DNA of 63,580 nt, counting the filler, from an uncultured Methanosarcinales archaeon (lineage in GTDB: Archaea; Nanobdellota; Nanobdellia; Woesearchaeales; CAYVYK01), in NCBI GenBank assembly GCA_964455675.1. It is 5 parts of 4 records of this genome, joined end to end, with 100 filler letters (N's around TTAATTAATTAA, not from the genome) between each part and the next. Parts side by side here need not be neighbours in the genome. Positions count along the whole stretch, not along the records: positions 7,891 to 24,245 come from CAYVYK010000006.1; 4 more parts are not named here. One strand, written 5' to 3'. The notes below the pieces were generated by a model. The model ran no database searches and was not told where the DNA came from. It saw only the letters and a program-made list of their open reading frames with translations. Below are positions 8,736 through 18,543 of the stretch, piece after piece; position 1 is the first letter of the stretch, and every line of letters starts with the position of its first letter. The translations under genes were made by a program, and so were the position numbers.

Positions 8736-9655
8736 CCACGCTTTATAACGACAAGGCTCATGTCATCCTGGGGTTTTGCGAACTCAAGTGCATCTTCCAT
8801 GATCGCCATGTAGATTACGTTCGCGGAATAATCCTGGGATGCCCGAAGCGCTTCCTCAAGTTTCTGTTCCGAATACCTCTCCCATCTCTTGCTTGGATCA
8901 TCGGACTCACGCGCGTGATCAATAACACCATCAGAGCACAGCACCATGATGTCGCCAGGAGAAAGCAAGTTGATCTCGTTGATCGTGTAGTTGCGCTTAT
9001 ATCCAAGCCAACTCCTAATGTTACGGTGAGTTCCGTCATCCTCGGAAGGCTTGAGGCCCATATGCTCAAGCGTCACCAGGCGATCCTCATCAATTGGAAC
9101 AATCTTGCCAAACTCTCGCGAGTACACGATCGGCGTTGGATGACCTGCCGATAGAAACCTGAACCTTCCCTTGCTTGAGATCTCGCCGTAGAGCATCGTG
9201 AAATACTTCTCAGGAGGCGTGAGGAAGTACATGAGCGTGTTCAGGCGCTCAAAGAGCTTGATCGTCACCTCACCAAACGCGTCAAGCTCATACTGCATGG
9301 CAAGCTTAAACGCGACATGGACAGCCCCGCACATTGCGGCGTCCGTGATATTATGACCTGCGACGTCCACGATACCGACGCCAATCTTCTTTTTGTTTCT
9401 CGCGAGCATGCGAACGAGAGCATCATTGCCCTCTGCCTTCGCCTGCTCGATCCGGAACTCAAGGCCATACTTCTGTTCGTCACGAAAATTCACGAAGAAC
9501 ACATGATCGCCGCCAACACCGCCGTACATCTGCATGGAATCGCCATACAGATCAATACCGTCAAGAGATGGAATACCCTGGGCCTGCGGCAACAAACCGC
9601 TCTGGATCTTCAAGAGGTTGCGCACTTCCGCATCAAAACGCCGTTCGTCCGTCAT
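8732..9655 (-). CDS. PP2C/SpoIIE (RsbU-like) Ser/Thr phosphatase
   Basis: VGGD, IVDVAGH, SAGHP, CSDGV and DDMSLV motifs. Confidence 0.88.
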   Translation of the reverse strand: MTDERRFDAEVRNLLKIQSGLLPQAQGIPSLDGIDLYGDSMQMYGGVGGDHVFFVNFRDEQKYGLEFRIEQAKAEGNDALVRMLARNKKKIGVGIVDVAGHNITDAAMCGAVHVAFKLAMQYELDAFGEVTIKLFERLNTLMYFLTPPEKYFTMLYGEISSKGRFRFLSAGHPTPIVYSREFGKIVPIDEDRLVTLEHMGLKPSEDDGTHRNIRSWLGYKRNYTINEINLLSPGDIMVLCSDGVIDHARESDDPSKRWERYSEQKLEEALRASQDYSANVIYMAIMEDALEFAKPQDDMSLVVIKRG

Positions 9656-9987
9656 GGGACTCGGAAGGTTTTCGGGGTATTATATAAGAGGTACGTTTCG
9701 GCCGTATGCTCTCTGAAAACAACTGCCTGATTATTCTCTCGCGAGCTTGTGATCAGGTGTCAGTATGTACACAGGATCATTACTCAAGGGAGCTGATGCA
9801 CCATCCTTACTTTCCAGGTCCTCCCTCTTTAACTGCTGTATAGTGACGATATATTAGACGACGCACTGCCGCACCTTTGGTACTCTTCGTATACCACAAT
9901 AGTGCGTATACCATATGAGCTGGATGAGCGGTCTAGTAGCTTTGGCTGTGAGCAATTTCAAGTTTATCAAATTTATCATAACAGAGT

Positions 9988-10026
9988 AGGACGGTCGGCC
10001 TCCCGCTGGTCGGCCTTGAACGGGCA
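9988..10026 (+). repeat. Short dispersed hairpin repeat (family B)
   Basis: AGGACGGTCGGCCTCCCGCTGGTCGGC; near-identical copy at 54925-54951. Confidence 0.75.
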
Positions 10027-10323
10027 GTATCTTCATTGCTTCGCAAGAATGATACTTTTGCGGTACATGAATGGCCGATTCATCATTCTAGCACGTTACT
10101 CATTGTCTAGGGTCTCTTGCTTCATTCATATATGGCTCAATTGCTTTCCACAACGGGGGGGTTGGTGGGGTGGACCTAGCACGGCAGGAGCAACAGTTCG
10201 AACCGACCACCACTATTATTATCATCGTTTTCATCGGGTATTCACCGTCATGGCGACAACAGGACTTTCCACCGGGCAACCCCTGCGGCAAGATTTATAT
10301 CAGGCAGATGGCTCCCTTTCACC

Positions 10324-12369
10324 ATGCTGCTCAAGTATGTCACTCTTCAGAATATCCGAAGTTACGTGAACCAGCACGTCGAATTCAAGGAAGGAAAAAC
10401 GCTGCTGGCTGGGGACATCGGTTCAGGGAAAACGACAATACTTCTTGCGATCGAATTCGCGCTCTTTGGAATCCTCAAAGGAACGACGTCGGGAGCGACA
10501 CTCCTTCGGCAAGGAGCATCTTTTGGAAGCGTGGAACTTGGATTTGGGCTTGAAGGAAAAGAATACACAATCAAACGGACGCTTAAACGAATTGCAGGGA
10601 CGGTTACGCAAGACGTTGGCTACATCACCATCAACGGGATGCGCAAAGACCTCTCGAGCGTCGAACTCAAGTCAGAAGTGCTTGAGCTACTCGGGTATCC
10701 CAAGGATCTCCTCACCAAATCAAAAGCACTCATCTATCGCTACACGGTGTACACACCACAAGAGGAAATGAAACACATCCTCATGGACAGTCCCGAAGAA
10801 CGACTCGAAGTACTACGGAGGGTGTTTGGCATCGACACGTACAAACGCATCAGGGAAAACGGACAAGTATACGCACGAAATCTTGGCGAACGCATAAAGA
10901 TTCTGCAGGCAAGAACGGAAGGGATACAAAAAAAACAAGACGAAGCGCGCATGCAGGAAGCCTCGCTCCTCGAGAAGCGCGCAAGACACGCACTCGCAGA
11001 AAAGGACATTTCCTTGCGGCGGGCACTCACGACACAGAAGCGAGAGGAACTGGCACGCCTTGAGGACGCCCTAAAAAAGCAACTTGAGCAGAAACGCGCG
11101 CGTTCTATCCAGGAAGTACAGCAGAAGCACGCAAGCCAATACCTCCAGCAATACACAGAAGAGCTCACGCGAACAGAGCGGGAGATCGCAACACTAGCTC
11201 AGCAAACACAGCACAAAGCAAGCATCATGCCACGGGCTGACATCCAGAAAGAATATGAGAGCCTCCTCACCAAAAAAGCGGGATGCGAGGGAGAACTAGC
11301 GCTCATCAGAAGAACAATCATCCAATCAAAAGAAACAATCGCGAAAATCGCAAGCCTCTCGCAATGCCCCCTCTGCAAGCAGAACGTGACACACGAACAC
11401 AAAGAACAGATCTCAGCCGAAGAGAACAGCAAACATGCCGAACTATCACGACAAGCTGAAGCACTCAACGCGACACTTGCCACACTGCAGAAAAGCATTA
11501 CTGAAGCAAAAACACGCTACGACATCGCAGTCCAAGAGGAGAAGAAGCAAGAAGCACAGAACATCCAGCGGGCGCTTCAGATGCAAAAAGAGCGGCGTGT
11601 GGTGGAGCTAACTACGCTCATCGAACAAAAGAAGCAGGAACTCGAGCGCATCACGGCGACACTGCATGCGCATAAGGAAGGAATTCACGACGATCTTGAG
11701 CCAATGTATGACAAAGCAAAGAGGGAACATGACCAGGCGCTAACCGAAGAACGAAGAGCAGACATCCTTGTCGCGACACTACAAAAAGAGTGTGACATCA
11801 CAAGCGACATCTTGAAGAAAACACAGGAAGAAATCACTCGCCTTGCTGAAGCCATAAAACAGATGGATGAGATCAAGCAAATTCGCTCATGGATCCTAGA
11901 ACACTTCCTTCCCCTCATGAGCCTCATCGAACAGCAAGTATTCCTCCATGTATACGCAAAATTCAACGAGCTCTTCACGCAATGGTTTGGAACACTTATC
12001 GAAGACGAGCTCCTGCAGGCGCGGCTTGATGAGAATTTCACGCCCGTGATCGACCAGAACGGATATCAGATGGACTACCAAAGCCTCTCGGGGGGAGAAA
12101 AAACAAGCCTTGCGCTCGCATACCGGCTTGCCCTAAACAAAGTCATCAACGACATGATGACAAGCATCAAAACACACGACCTCCTCATCCTCGACGAGCC
12201 AACGGATGGATTCTCGGATGAGCAGCTCGACCGCATGCGCGACGTCCTTGACGAACTTGCGTTACGCCAGGTCATCATCGTCTCCCACGAAGCAAAAATG
12301 GAAAGCTTCGTCGACCATGTCGCGCGTATCGAGAAGAAAGAACACTCGTCACGCATCGAAGTCTCATAA
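10324..12369 (+). CDS. rad50: Rad50/SbcC-type SMC ATPase
   Basis: Walker A GDIGSGKT, Zn hook CPLC within coiled coil, signature LSGGE, Walker B ILDEPT, H-loop IVSH. Confidence 0.92.
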   Translation: MLLKYVTLQNIRSYVNQHVEFKEGKTLLAGDIGSGKTTILLAIEFALFGILKGTTSGATLLRQGASFGSVELGFGLEGKEYTIKRTLKRIAGTVTQDVGYITINGMRKDLSSVELKSEVLELLGYPKDLLTKSKALIYRYTVYTPQEEMKHILMDSPEERLEVLRRVFGIDTYKRIRENGQVYARNLGERIKILQARTEGIQKKQDEARMQEASLLEKRARHALAEKDISLRRALTTQKREELARLEDALKKQLEQKRARSIQEVQQKHASQYLQQYTEELTRTEREIATLAQQTQHKASIMPRADIQKEYESLLTKKAGCEGELALIRRTIIQSKETIAKIASLSQCPLCKQNVTHEHKEQISAEENSKHAELSRQAEALNATLATLQKSITEAKTRYDIAVQEEKKQEAQNIQRALQMQKERRVVELTTLIEQKKQELERITATLHAHKEGIHDDLEPMYDKAKREHDQALTEERRADILVATLQKECDITSDILKKTQEEITRLAEAIKQMDEIKQIRSWILEHFLPLMSLIEQQVFLHVYAKFNELFTQWFGTLIEDELLQARLDENFTPVIDQNGYQMDYQSLSGGEKTSLALAYRLALNKVINDMMTSIKTHDLLILDEPTDGFSDEQLDRMRDVLDELALRQVIIVSHEAKMESFVDHVARIEKKEHSSRIEVS

Positions 12370-13188
12370 TTCCTTTCTACGCTCCAATGTACCCATGCAT
12401 GTCAGCACGGCAATGTACGCGGTCAATAGCAGCATGAGCCACGCCATGAAAAGCGAGACAAAATACGACGAGACCGGATGGATCTCAGCGTACATCTGCA
12501 TCGTCTCAAACGACTCCCCGATCAGCCAAGAATGAACGAACGCGCCACCCTGAGGGATCATCGTGATCAAGTAGACTACTGCAAATACAAGGAGGATGAA
12601 TGCCGAATACCACTTGTGCACCTGCACGAATCTCCATCCTGCGCGGAACATATGCAGAGGTTTCATATCAGACAAAACAAGGAAGGGGATACTCTGCAGT
12701 AGGACAACAATAAAGCTGAAGACAAGGATCAATCCTGCAATGAGGACGAGGACGAGGCCAAGCTCAAGCCATGACCAGATCGCTGAGAGACCTATAAAGA
12801 TAACCGCGAGAAGGTACACCGGAATCATGACGAGTGCGAAAAACAGCAACGCCCAGAGCTGGAAGCGAAGCAGTGCCCACGCACTCCTCCACACGTCCTT
12901 CCACGCGAGCCCAAGATCAAGAGGTTTACCTGTCAATCCTTGCCGAAGAAGAGTGATAAACCAACTCAGAGGCAAAATACTTGCCACGAATGTGAGAATA
13001 CCAACCACAATAATGAGGACAACTTTATAGAGCATCGTGGATGCGGGATCATACTCATGAATCTGCAACGGAACAGTAAGCAGGAGAACAACGATGTCAA
13101 GAGCCGCAAGCAGCAAGAGCGGAACAAACATCAACGGATTCTGCAGCATGAATCCAAACGGACGTAGCACGAGGGATCCCTGCTTCAT
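12364..13188 (-). CDS. Multi-pass membrane protein
   Basis: About six hydrophobic segments; coupled to the upstream ORF. Confidence 0.75.
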   Translation of the reverse strand: MKQGSLVLRPFGFMLQNPLMFVPLLLLAALDIVVLLLTVPLQIHEYDPASTMLYKVVLIIVVGILTFVASILPLSWFITLLRQGLTGKPLDLGLAWKDVWRSAWALLRFQLWALLFFALVMIPVYLLAVIFIGLSAIWSWLELGLVLVLIAGLILVFSFIVVLLQSIPFLVLSDMKPLHMFRAGWRFVQVHKWYSAFILLVFAVVYLITMIPQGGAFVHSWLIGESFETMQMYAEIHPVSSYFVSLFMAWLMLLLTAYIAVLTCMGTLERRKEL

Positions 13189-13589
13189 TGTACCACCTCA
13201 AAATTTCGGAGTTCTGCGAGCAAATCCTTGAGTGGACCCGAACACGCGTCAAGATCATATGACACCTCATCAAGAAAACCCTCATCAAAACTCCCCTTCG
13301 TATACGGGCAGCGCATGATTTTACCCGTGAATGCATCGACAACCTCCTTTGGTTCTGCTGCCCCAAAACTCTCAAACTCGGCTTGTAGTATGCAGTCAGA
13401 CGTGCGATACATTAGGGTGCTCCCTGCGTAGCCAACAGCGATCGTTGCAGTCTTGCACGCATTCGCCCTCTCAACAAAACAGGAACGCTCATCCTGGCAG
13501 CGCGGCCAGAGTAGGATAACAATAACAACGATGAGTACCATACCAATTCCAAGGAACAACCACAACCTATCAATCCTTGATGTATGCAC
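13185..13589 (-). CDS. Membrane-anchored Cys-containing protein
   Basis: N-terminal TM, then C..CF..ANAC...CSGPL pattern. Confidence 0.7.
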   Translation of the reverse strand: MHTSRIDRLWLFLGIGMVLIVVIVILLWPRCQDERSCFVERANACKTATIAVGYAGSTLMYRTSDCILQAEFESFGAAEPKEVVDAFTGKIMRCPYTKGSFDEGFLDEVSYDLDACSGPLKDLLAELRNFEVVQ

Positions 13590-13788
13590 ATCCCGCTGGC
13601 TTTCACCCTTTCGGAATGCTGCAAGATTTGGTGATATCTGCTTTTCTGGAATACTTATCCCCCGTCAGTCCCAGAAGTATCACTATATATAGCTTTCGCG
13701 CAGGAAAAAACCAAACCAGTATCGGATGCTTCATCTGCTAGATAGGAATATGTATTTTTTACAACAAAATTGTATAAATACCACCAGA

Positions 13789-14169
13789 ATGGGAGATCGG
13801 GGCATGGCACACCAAGAATTGCTTCTCCCTGACGTACAAGGGGTACCCCCAGGGTACGGACGATTTGAAGTACGATACCATGTCCACAGCTGCGAGAAAA
13901 GGAAGCGAGGGCTGCCAGGAGTCAACCTCTTTGGAGATCTTGAATCCGCAACGCTTACGTGCGAGCACCATCCCTGTGGAGAAGTCCCGGACTGCGTTCT
14001 CGAACAGCTACGAGTACTCAAAGACGTCCGTATTGGATACAAGAGCGATCAGGCAGTTGACACCGTTGCCGTATGGATGAAGCCAGCGCGAGCACAGGAC
14101 GTACAATCCCTACCAGGCGTCGTGGGAATTAGGCCTGCTCCGCAAATGTACCTTGGGGAACTTGACTAA
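13789..14169 (+). CDS. Hypothetical protein
   Basis: Open frame with TATA-like TATAAATA upstream; C-terminus (VQSLPGVVGIRP) loosely resembles subtilisin-propeptide folds. Confidence 0.55.
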   Translation: MGDRGMAHQELLLPDVQGVPPGYGRFEVRYHVHSCEKRKRGLPGVNLFGDLESATLTCEHHPCGEVPDCVLEQLRVLKDVRIGYKSDQAVDTVAVWMKPARAQDVQSLPGVVGIRPAPQMYLGELD

Positions 14170-15086
14170 GCCTTCCCTTCAGAACCGTATACCTTGATTC
14201 TGTCCATGACCATATGCTTGATAAGGTCTCTTGCAGGCATCATAATCTCGCGAGGATTGAAGTCATTCGGTTTCGCCGCAAGCTGTTTTCTTACAGCAGC
14301 TGTGAACGCAAGACGCAAATCCGTATCCTCATTCACTTTCGAAATACCAAGCTTCACTGCCGCCTTGATCAATTCCTCATCAACACCCTTCGCGCCCTTG
14401 ATCTTCGCGCCATACTTGTTCGCCATCTTCACGATATCTTGCGGAACACCGGACGCGCCATGAAGCACGAGAGGAATCTTGCACGCATCATTGATCTCTT
14501 TTAGGATGTCCAAACGGATGGAGGACTTGCCCACATACTTGAACGCGCCATGCGACGTACCAATCGCGACAGCAAGACTGTCGCACTTGGAGGCGCGGGC
14601 GAACGTCACCGCATCAACAGAAGTTGTGTACAGCGCTTCCTTGGCATCAACCTTCACCTGGTCCTCAATACCCTGCAGGCGACCAATCTCTGCTTCCACC
14701 TGAATGCCATGCCATCGCGCCATGCTCACCACTTTCCTCACCATGCCCGAATTCTCCTCAAAAGGCTTTGAGGAAGCATCCAGCATGACCGAAGTGTAGC
14801 CTGCCTTGATGCAACGCTCAGCAAGCTCAACATCAAGACCATGATCCAAGTGCAATGCGACAGGAATCTTTACCTGGCTTGCGAGACTTCTTACCATCGC
14901 GACCATATTCTGCAGTCCCGCATATTCGATCGCGGAAGGAGACGTCTGCACGATTACCGGAGCATTCATCTCTGCAGCAGCGTCGATGATCGCCTGAGTG
15001 ATCTCAAGATTGCTCGTATTGAATGCACCAACTGCGTATCCATTCTTCCACGCATTCCACAACATCTTTTTTGAAGAGACTAACAT
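14166..15086 (-). CDS. fba: Class II fructose-1,6-bisphosphate aldolase
   Basis: YAVGAFN, LHLDHG, SVMLDAS, AIGTSHGAFK, LVLHGAS. Confidence 0.97.
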   Translation of the reverse strand: MLVSSKKMLWNAWKNGYAVGAFNTSNLEITQAIIDAAAEMNAPVIVQTSPSAIEYAGLQNMVAMVRSLASQVKIPVALHLDHGLDVELAERCIKAGYTSVMLDASSKPFEENSGMVRKVVSMARWHGIQVEAEIGRLQGIEDQVKVDAKEALYTTSVDAVTFARASKCDSLAVAIGTSHGAFKYVGKSSIRLDILKEINDACKIPLVLHGASGVPQDIVKMANKYGAKIKGAKGVDEELIKAAVKLGISKVNEDTDLRLAFTAAVRKQLAAKPNDFNPREIMMPARDLIKHMVMDRIKVYGSEGKA

Positions 15087-15721
15087 GCCACAACCTCCCT
15101 CATTTTTTTAAACACTTCCGCTGGCAATGGCCATAACGCCGAACCCATAACGACTTGCGAGGCTCCCGCATCAAGCACGGTCCTCATGTTCTCAAGATTA
15201 ATACCGCCGTCGACGACAATACGGACGCGCGAGCTCCTTGCACGGATGTCCCTAATCTTCTGCAAGGCAGAAGGAAGGAATCGCTGGCCGCCCTTGCCAG
15301 GATGAACGCTCATCACAAGCACGGCATGGACCTTCTTTAAGTAAGGGAACGCAACGCGCGCAGGCGTATCAGGATTGAGCACGATGCCGGCACGCACACG
15401 CATGTCACGGATATCCCTGATCAGAACGTCAGGATCATCACTTGCCTCAACATGGACGAAGTATGTCGACGGATGGAGAAACTTTGCAAACCACATCCTT
15501 GGGTGTGCAACCATGAGATGAATGTCAAGCTTGAGCGAGGTCTTTAGAGCGTTGATTTCGCGAGGCTCAAATGAGCGCTCGCGCACGAACTTGCCATCCA
15601 TGATATCGACATGCAGTGTCTTCACGAACGGCTCAACATCCTCGACGGCCTTCTGTATATTGCCATGCTTCTCCTTGACCGAAAGAATGGATGCGGCAAC
15701 GGTCTTCTTAGTGTCCATCAT
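15080..15721 (-). CDS. rpe: Ribulose-phosphate 3-epimerase
   Basis: LHVDIMDGKFV, DIHLMV, VMSVHPGKGGQ, VDGGI. Confidence 0.97.
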   Translation of the reverse strand: MMDTKKTVAASILSVKEKHGNIQKAVEDVEPFVKTLHVDIMDGKFVRERSFEPREINALKTSLKLDIHLMVAHPRMWFAKFLHPSTYFVHVEASDDPDVLIRDIRDMRVRAGIVLNPDTPARVAFPYLKKVHAVLVMSVHPGKGGQRFLPSALQKIRDIRARSSRVRIVVDGGINLENMRTVLDAGASQVVMGSALWPLPAEVFKKMREVVAC

Positions 15722-16140
15722 TCCATCTTCTTGATGCGGCGTACATGGCGGCCTGCGTCAAACTTCGCATTGAGGAAAATCATGATCAAGCGTTTCGCGA
15801 GCGGAAGATTACCCGGACGGCCCGGCAGGCAGAGAACGTTTGCGTCATTGTGCCTGCGTCCGAGCGTTGCGGCGCGCGCGTCGCAAGGAGTGTACGCACG
15901 GATTTTTTTATGACGATTTGCGGCCATGCACATTCCGATGCCCGTACCACAGATGAGAATCCCTCTGTTGATGCTCGACTTTCTGACTTCATTACAGACC
16001 TTACCTGCAATATCAGGGTAATCAACTGGTTCTATCGTTGTCGTGCCCACATCATGCCATGCGATACCCTGCAGAGTAAGCCAGACCCTTAGCTTCTGCT
16101 TCAATCCAAACCCTGCGTGATCCGCCCCGAGATATAGCAT
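15718..16140 (-). CDS. rpiB: Ribose-5-phosphate isomerase B
   Basis: GADHAG, DYPD, ICGTGIG, HNDANVL, GRHVRR. Confidence 0.97.
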   Translation of the reverse strand: MLYLGADHAGFGLKQKLRVWLTLQGIAWHDVGTTTIEPVDYPDIAGKVCNEVRKSSINRGILICGTGIGMCMAANRHKKIRAYTPCDARAATLGRRHNDANVLCLPGRPGNLPLAKRLIMIFLNAKFDAGRHVRRIKKME

Positions 16141-16185
16141 GTTCCCTCATAAACCTTAAAAAGAGGTGTATATAAACATTTCTCC

Positions 16186-16626
16186 ATGAAGCTGGTACGA
16201 CTGCAGTTTATTCTATGCATCATCATTCTTGCACTCTGCGTGTGGTACGCGTTCGCGTCAGGGAAGAATTTTGAGAATCCAGGACTCTGCAGTCTTTCGC
16301 CCGACGGCAAAGCCGGATGCACCACCGTATATAACAGCCCGTATGGACGACTGCTCGGCTTTCCGAACGCATATCTTGGCATCATGGGATTTAGTATTCT
16401 CCTTGCGGTACTCGCATATCACACCCATAACCCGAGCACAGTAACTTCCTCGGCACTCCATACGATGATTGCTGCTGCCGCACTACTAACACTACGGTTC
16501 CTCTACATCCAGTACTTTGTTCTTGAAATGGTCTGCGGATACTGCCTTGCGATAGATGCTGCCGTGCTAGCGCTTGCGGCGGTACATCTCCTCTCGGTAT
16601 GGCAAATATCAACTCAAAAACGCTAA
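16186..16626 (+). CDS. Vitamin K epoxide reductase (VKOR) family protein
   Basis: Loop Cys pair, C-TTVYNSPYG serine motif and active-site CGYC. Confidence 0.9.
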   Translation: MKLVRLQFILCIIILALCVWYAFASGKNFENPGLCSLSPDGKAGCTTVYNSPYGRLLGFPNAYLGIMGFSILLAVLAYHTHNPSTVTSSALHTMIAAAALLTLRFLYIQYFVLEMVCGYCLAIDAAVLALAAVHLLSVWQISTQKR

Positions 16627-16741
16627 GTGAACTCCTGAAGAATTGTCTCACCACAACTACTCCAATGATAACGCCACCATTTGAAATAAGGCATGGAAGA
16701 AACAAGACTCCAGCACATTTATATGCCACTCTTGAAGAACA

Positions 16742-17113
16742 ATGAGCAAAATGGTAACGATTGATTTATACGGTGTACGCATCACGTATGACAATGGGCC
16801 AATCGGAATGTTTCTGCCGGATGAAAACGGCGTATATGCTACGCTTTTTCCCAAATATACAGCAATGGACCCTGTCGCATTGGAACATTCATCAAGAACG
16901 AAAGGGAGAAGCGCATTTGTTGCCGAATTGACACAGCAATTGGTGTGGATTAGACTGGAACAAAACGGGTACAATCCGTTCTTTTCACCAAAGGACCAAA
17001 AAGGCGGGACATATATGCATGGCTTACTCAACATTCCCGAAGAACAAAAAGAAGGTTTGAGAAACGCCGAAGCATTTATCGTGGAAGTTCTCTCTGCGCT
17101 TCGAGGAGAATGA
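16742..17113 (+). CDS. Hypothetical protein
   Basis: Clean ATG-led ORF with TATA-like TTTATAT ~20 nt upstream. Confidence 0.6.
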   Translation: MSKMVTIDLYGVRITYDNGPIGMFLPDENGVYATLFPKYTAMDPVALEHSSRTKGRSAFVAELTQQLVWIRLEQNGYNPFFSPKDQKGGTYMHGLLNIPEEQKEGLRNAEAFIVEVLSALRGE

Positions 17114-17298
17114 ACTGATCTTGATCAATTGCGCGTTCTTACGTCTTCATGGTCAAGGCAATTCACGTATCATAGAACCAAATAAACTACGCGATGGCGC
17201 ACAATCAGCGATGGTACGAACAAACGCCGAGCCTATCAATCCATAGGCCGCAGGATTGCGCGCTTCATAGACGGCCTGCCTGCGGCTCGTGATTTCCG

Positions 17299-17409
17299 CT
17301 ACTGCAACACGTCAATTACGGGAAGATAACCCTGCTTTTCCACAAACTCCTGCGCAGCACCGCCAGTCGAGACCCACTTGATCTTTTTCTTGAAGCCCAT
17401 GAGCTCAAT
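17299..17409 (-). pseudogene. Remnant of a pgk 3' end
   Basis: IELMGFKKKIKWVSTGG-AAQEFVEKQGYLPVIDVLQ* vs pgk IELMGLKKKIKWVSTGGGAAQEFVEKQGHLPAVDVLL*. Confidence 0.9.
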
Positions 17410-17822
17410 TGGTGCATCCTTGTCGTCCAATACTTCCAGGTCCTGGAGATACCCCCTTAGAATCCTATGATCCTGCAAGGCTCCCGCACAATGAGCTTCC
17501 TCAACTTCCTCCGCCTGCAGAGATAGATGACCAGATCGAGACGATTCCAATCCGGATTGTGGTGCATGGTGATGACAACCAAAGCACCTTTACGTTTAAT
17601 CGTGCGGAGAATACTCAACTGTGTTTGAAAGTTGCTATTCCCACAGATATTCCTGAACGTCACCGTCAAGAAATGGCCGGCATTTTTATTGAAAAATCAG
17701 GGTTTGAGCGAACGATTTCTTTACATCAAGCACTTTGTTTAGAAATTGTCTTTTTATACTACTTTGCGATAGATATCACGGTGCTCGCGGCAGTGCACTT
17801 CATTGCATTATTCAGCAACTAG
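17409..17822 (+). CDS. Hypothetical protein (start uncertain, possibly 5'-truncated)
   Basis: 137-codon open frame abutting the pgk remnant. Confidence 0.4.
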   Translation: MVHPCRPILPGPGDTPLESYDPARLPHNELPQLPPPAEIDDQIETIPIRIVVHGDDNQSTFTFNRAENTQLCLKVAIPTDIPERHRQEMAGIFIEKSGFERTISLHQALCLEIVFLYYFAIDITVLAAVHFIALFSN

Positions 17823-17842
17823 CATTACGAGAACAGACACAC

Positions 17843-18448
17843 CTATCTAAGATTTTCCATCAGATACTTTGCAGCAGAAGCACCATCCTCAAAGGGCACT
17901 TGCGGCATGCAAGTCGCATTTACGAATGAAGACTTGTAGAGGAGTTCCTCAACCCCGCCAAAACCTGCGATCGGGGCGATATACTTCGGAGTCTTTCCAT
18001 CACGGATCCGATCAAGGCTGATCTTCAGAGCCTGAAAAACCTCAACAGCAGCGCCGGGACCCCCTCCAATCAGTTCAATCCCGTCACATAATTTCCCGAA
18101 GAGCTGGGACTCATCGCACCACTCGCTCTGCCCATAGATCGAGGGGACCACGAGCTCGAGATCAAGACCTTGAACTTTATGCTTAAGCCCGCGCTCAGGA
18201 AGAACACCAATAACGGGCAATCCATGCGCCTGCGCGATCGCGCTTGCGTGGCCGGGAAGATTCCACTTCGTTCCCCCCGTCAGGATCGCGACGGGATAAC
18301 CCTGGTAGAACTTCATGCTTTGTTCGATAACCTGCTTTGCGCGGTCCTCGTGATCCATGTATCCGCCGGAAAACCCAATGATACTCCGAACTCCACGCCG
18401 ACGAAGAAACTCATCAACTCTCGCCACATAATCAATTGGGTCTGCCAT
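17843..18448 (-). CDS. SLOG/LOG-superfamily nucleotide-binding protein
   Basis: IGFSGG, ILTGG, VIGVLP, DGIELIGGGPGAAVE pattern. Confidence 0.75.
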   Translation of the reverse strand: MADPIDYVARVDEFLRRRGVRSIIGFSGGYMDHEDRAKQVIEQSMKFYQGYPVAILTGGTKWNLPGHASAIAQAHGLPVIGVLPERGLKHKVQGLDLELVVPSIYGQSEWCDESQLFGKLCDGIELIGGGPGAAVEVFQALKISLDRIRDGKTPKYIAPIAGFGGVEELLYKSSFVNATCMPQVPFEDGASAAKYLMENLR

Positions 18449-18543
18449 GCTGCTCGTAAGTATCAAGCGGCATATAAAACTGTAGGTCACTATGTCTACA
18501 GCACCGAGGAGAAGTGATTAGGTCGGAAACATACTCGAAACGC

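Noticed and set aside
9660..10323. Short ORFs in the gap upstream of rad50
   Set aside because: Overlapping frames with no recognisable motifs or consistent codon usage.
17299..17550. 83-aa ORF as a functional fusion gene
   Set aside because: Only the last 36 codons are pgk-derived; the rest is antisense to the + ORF and has no supported start.
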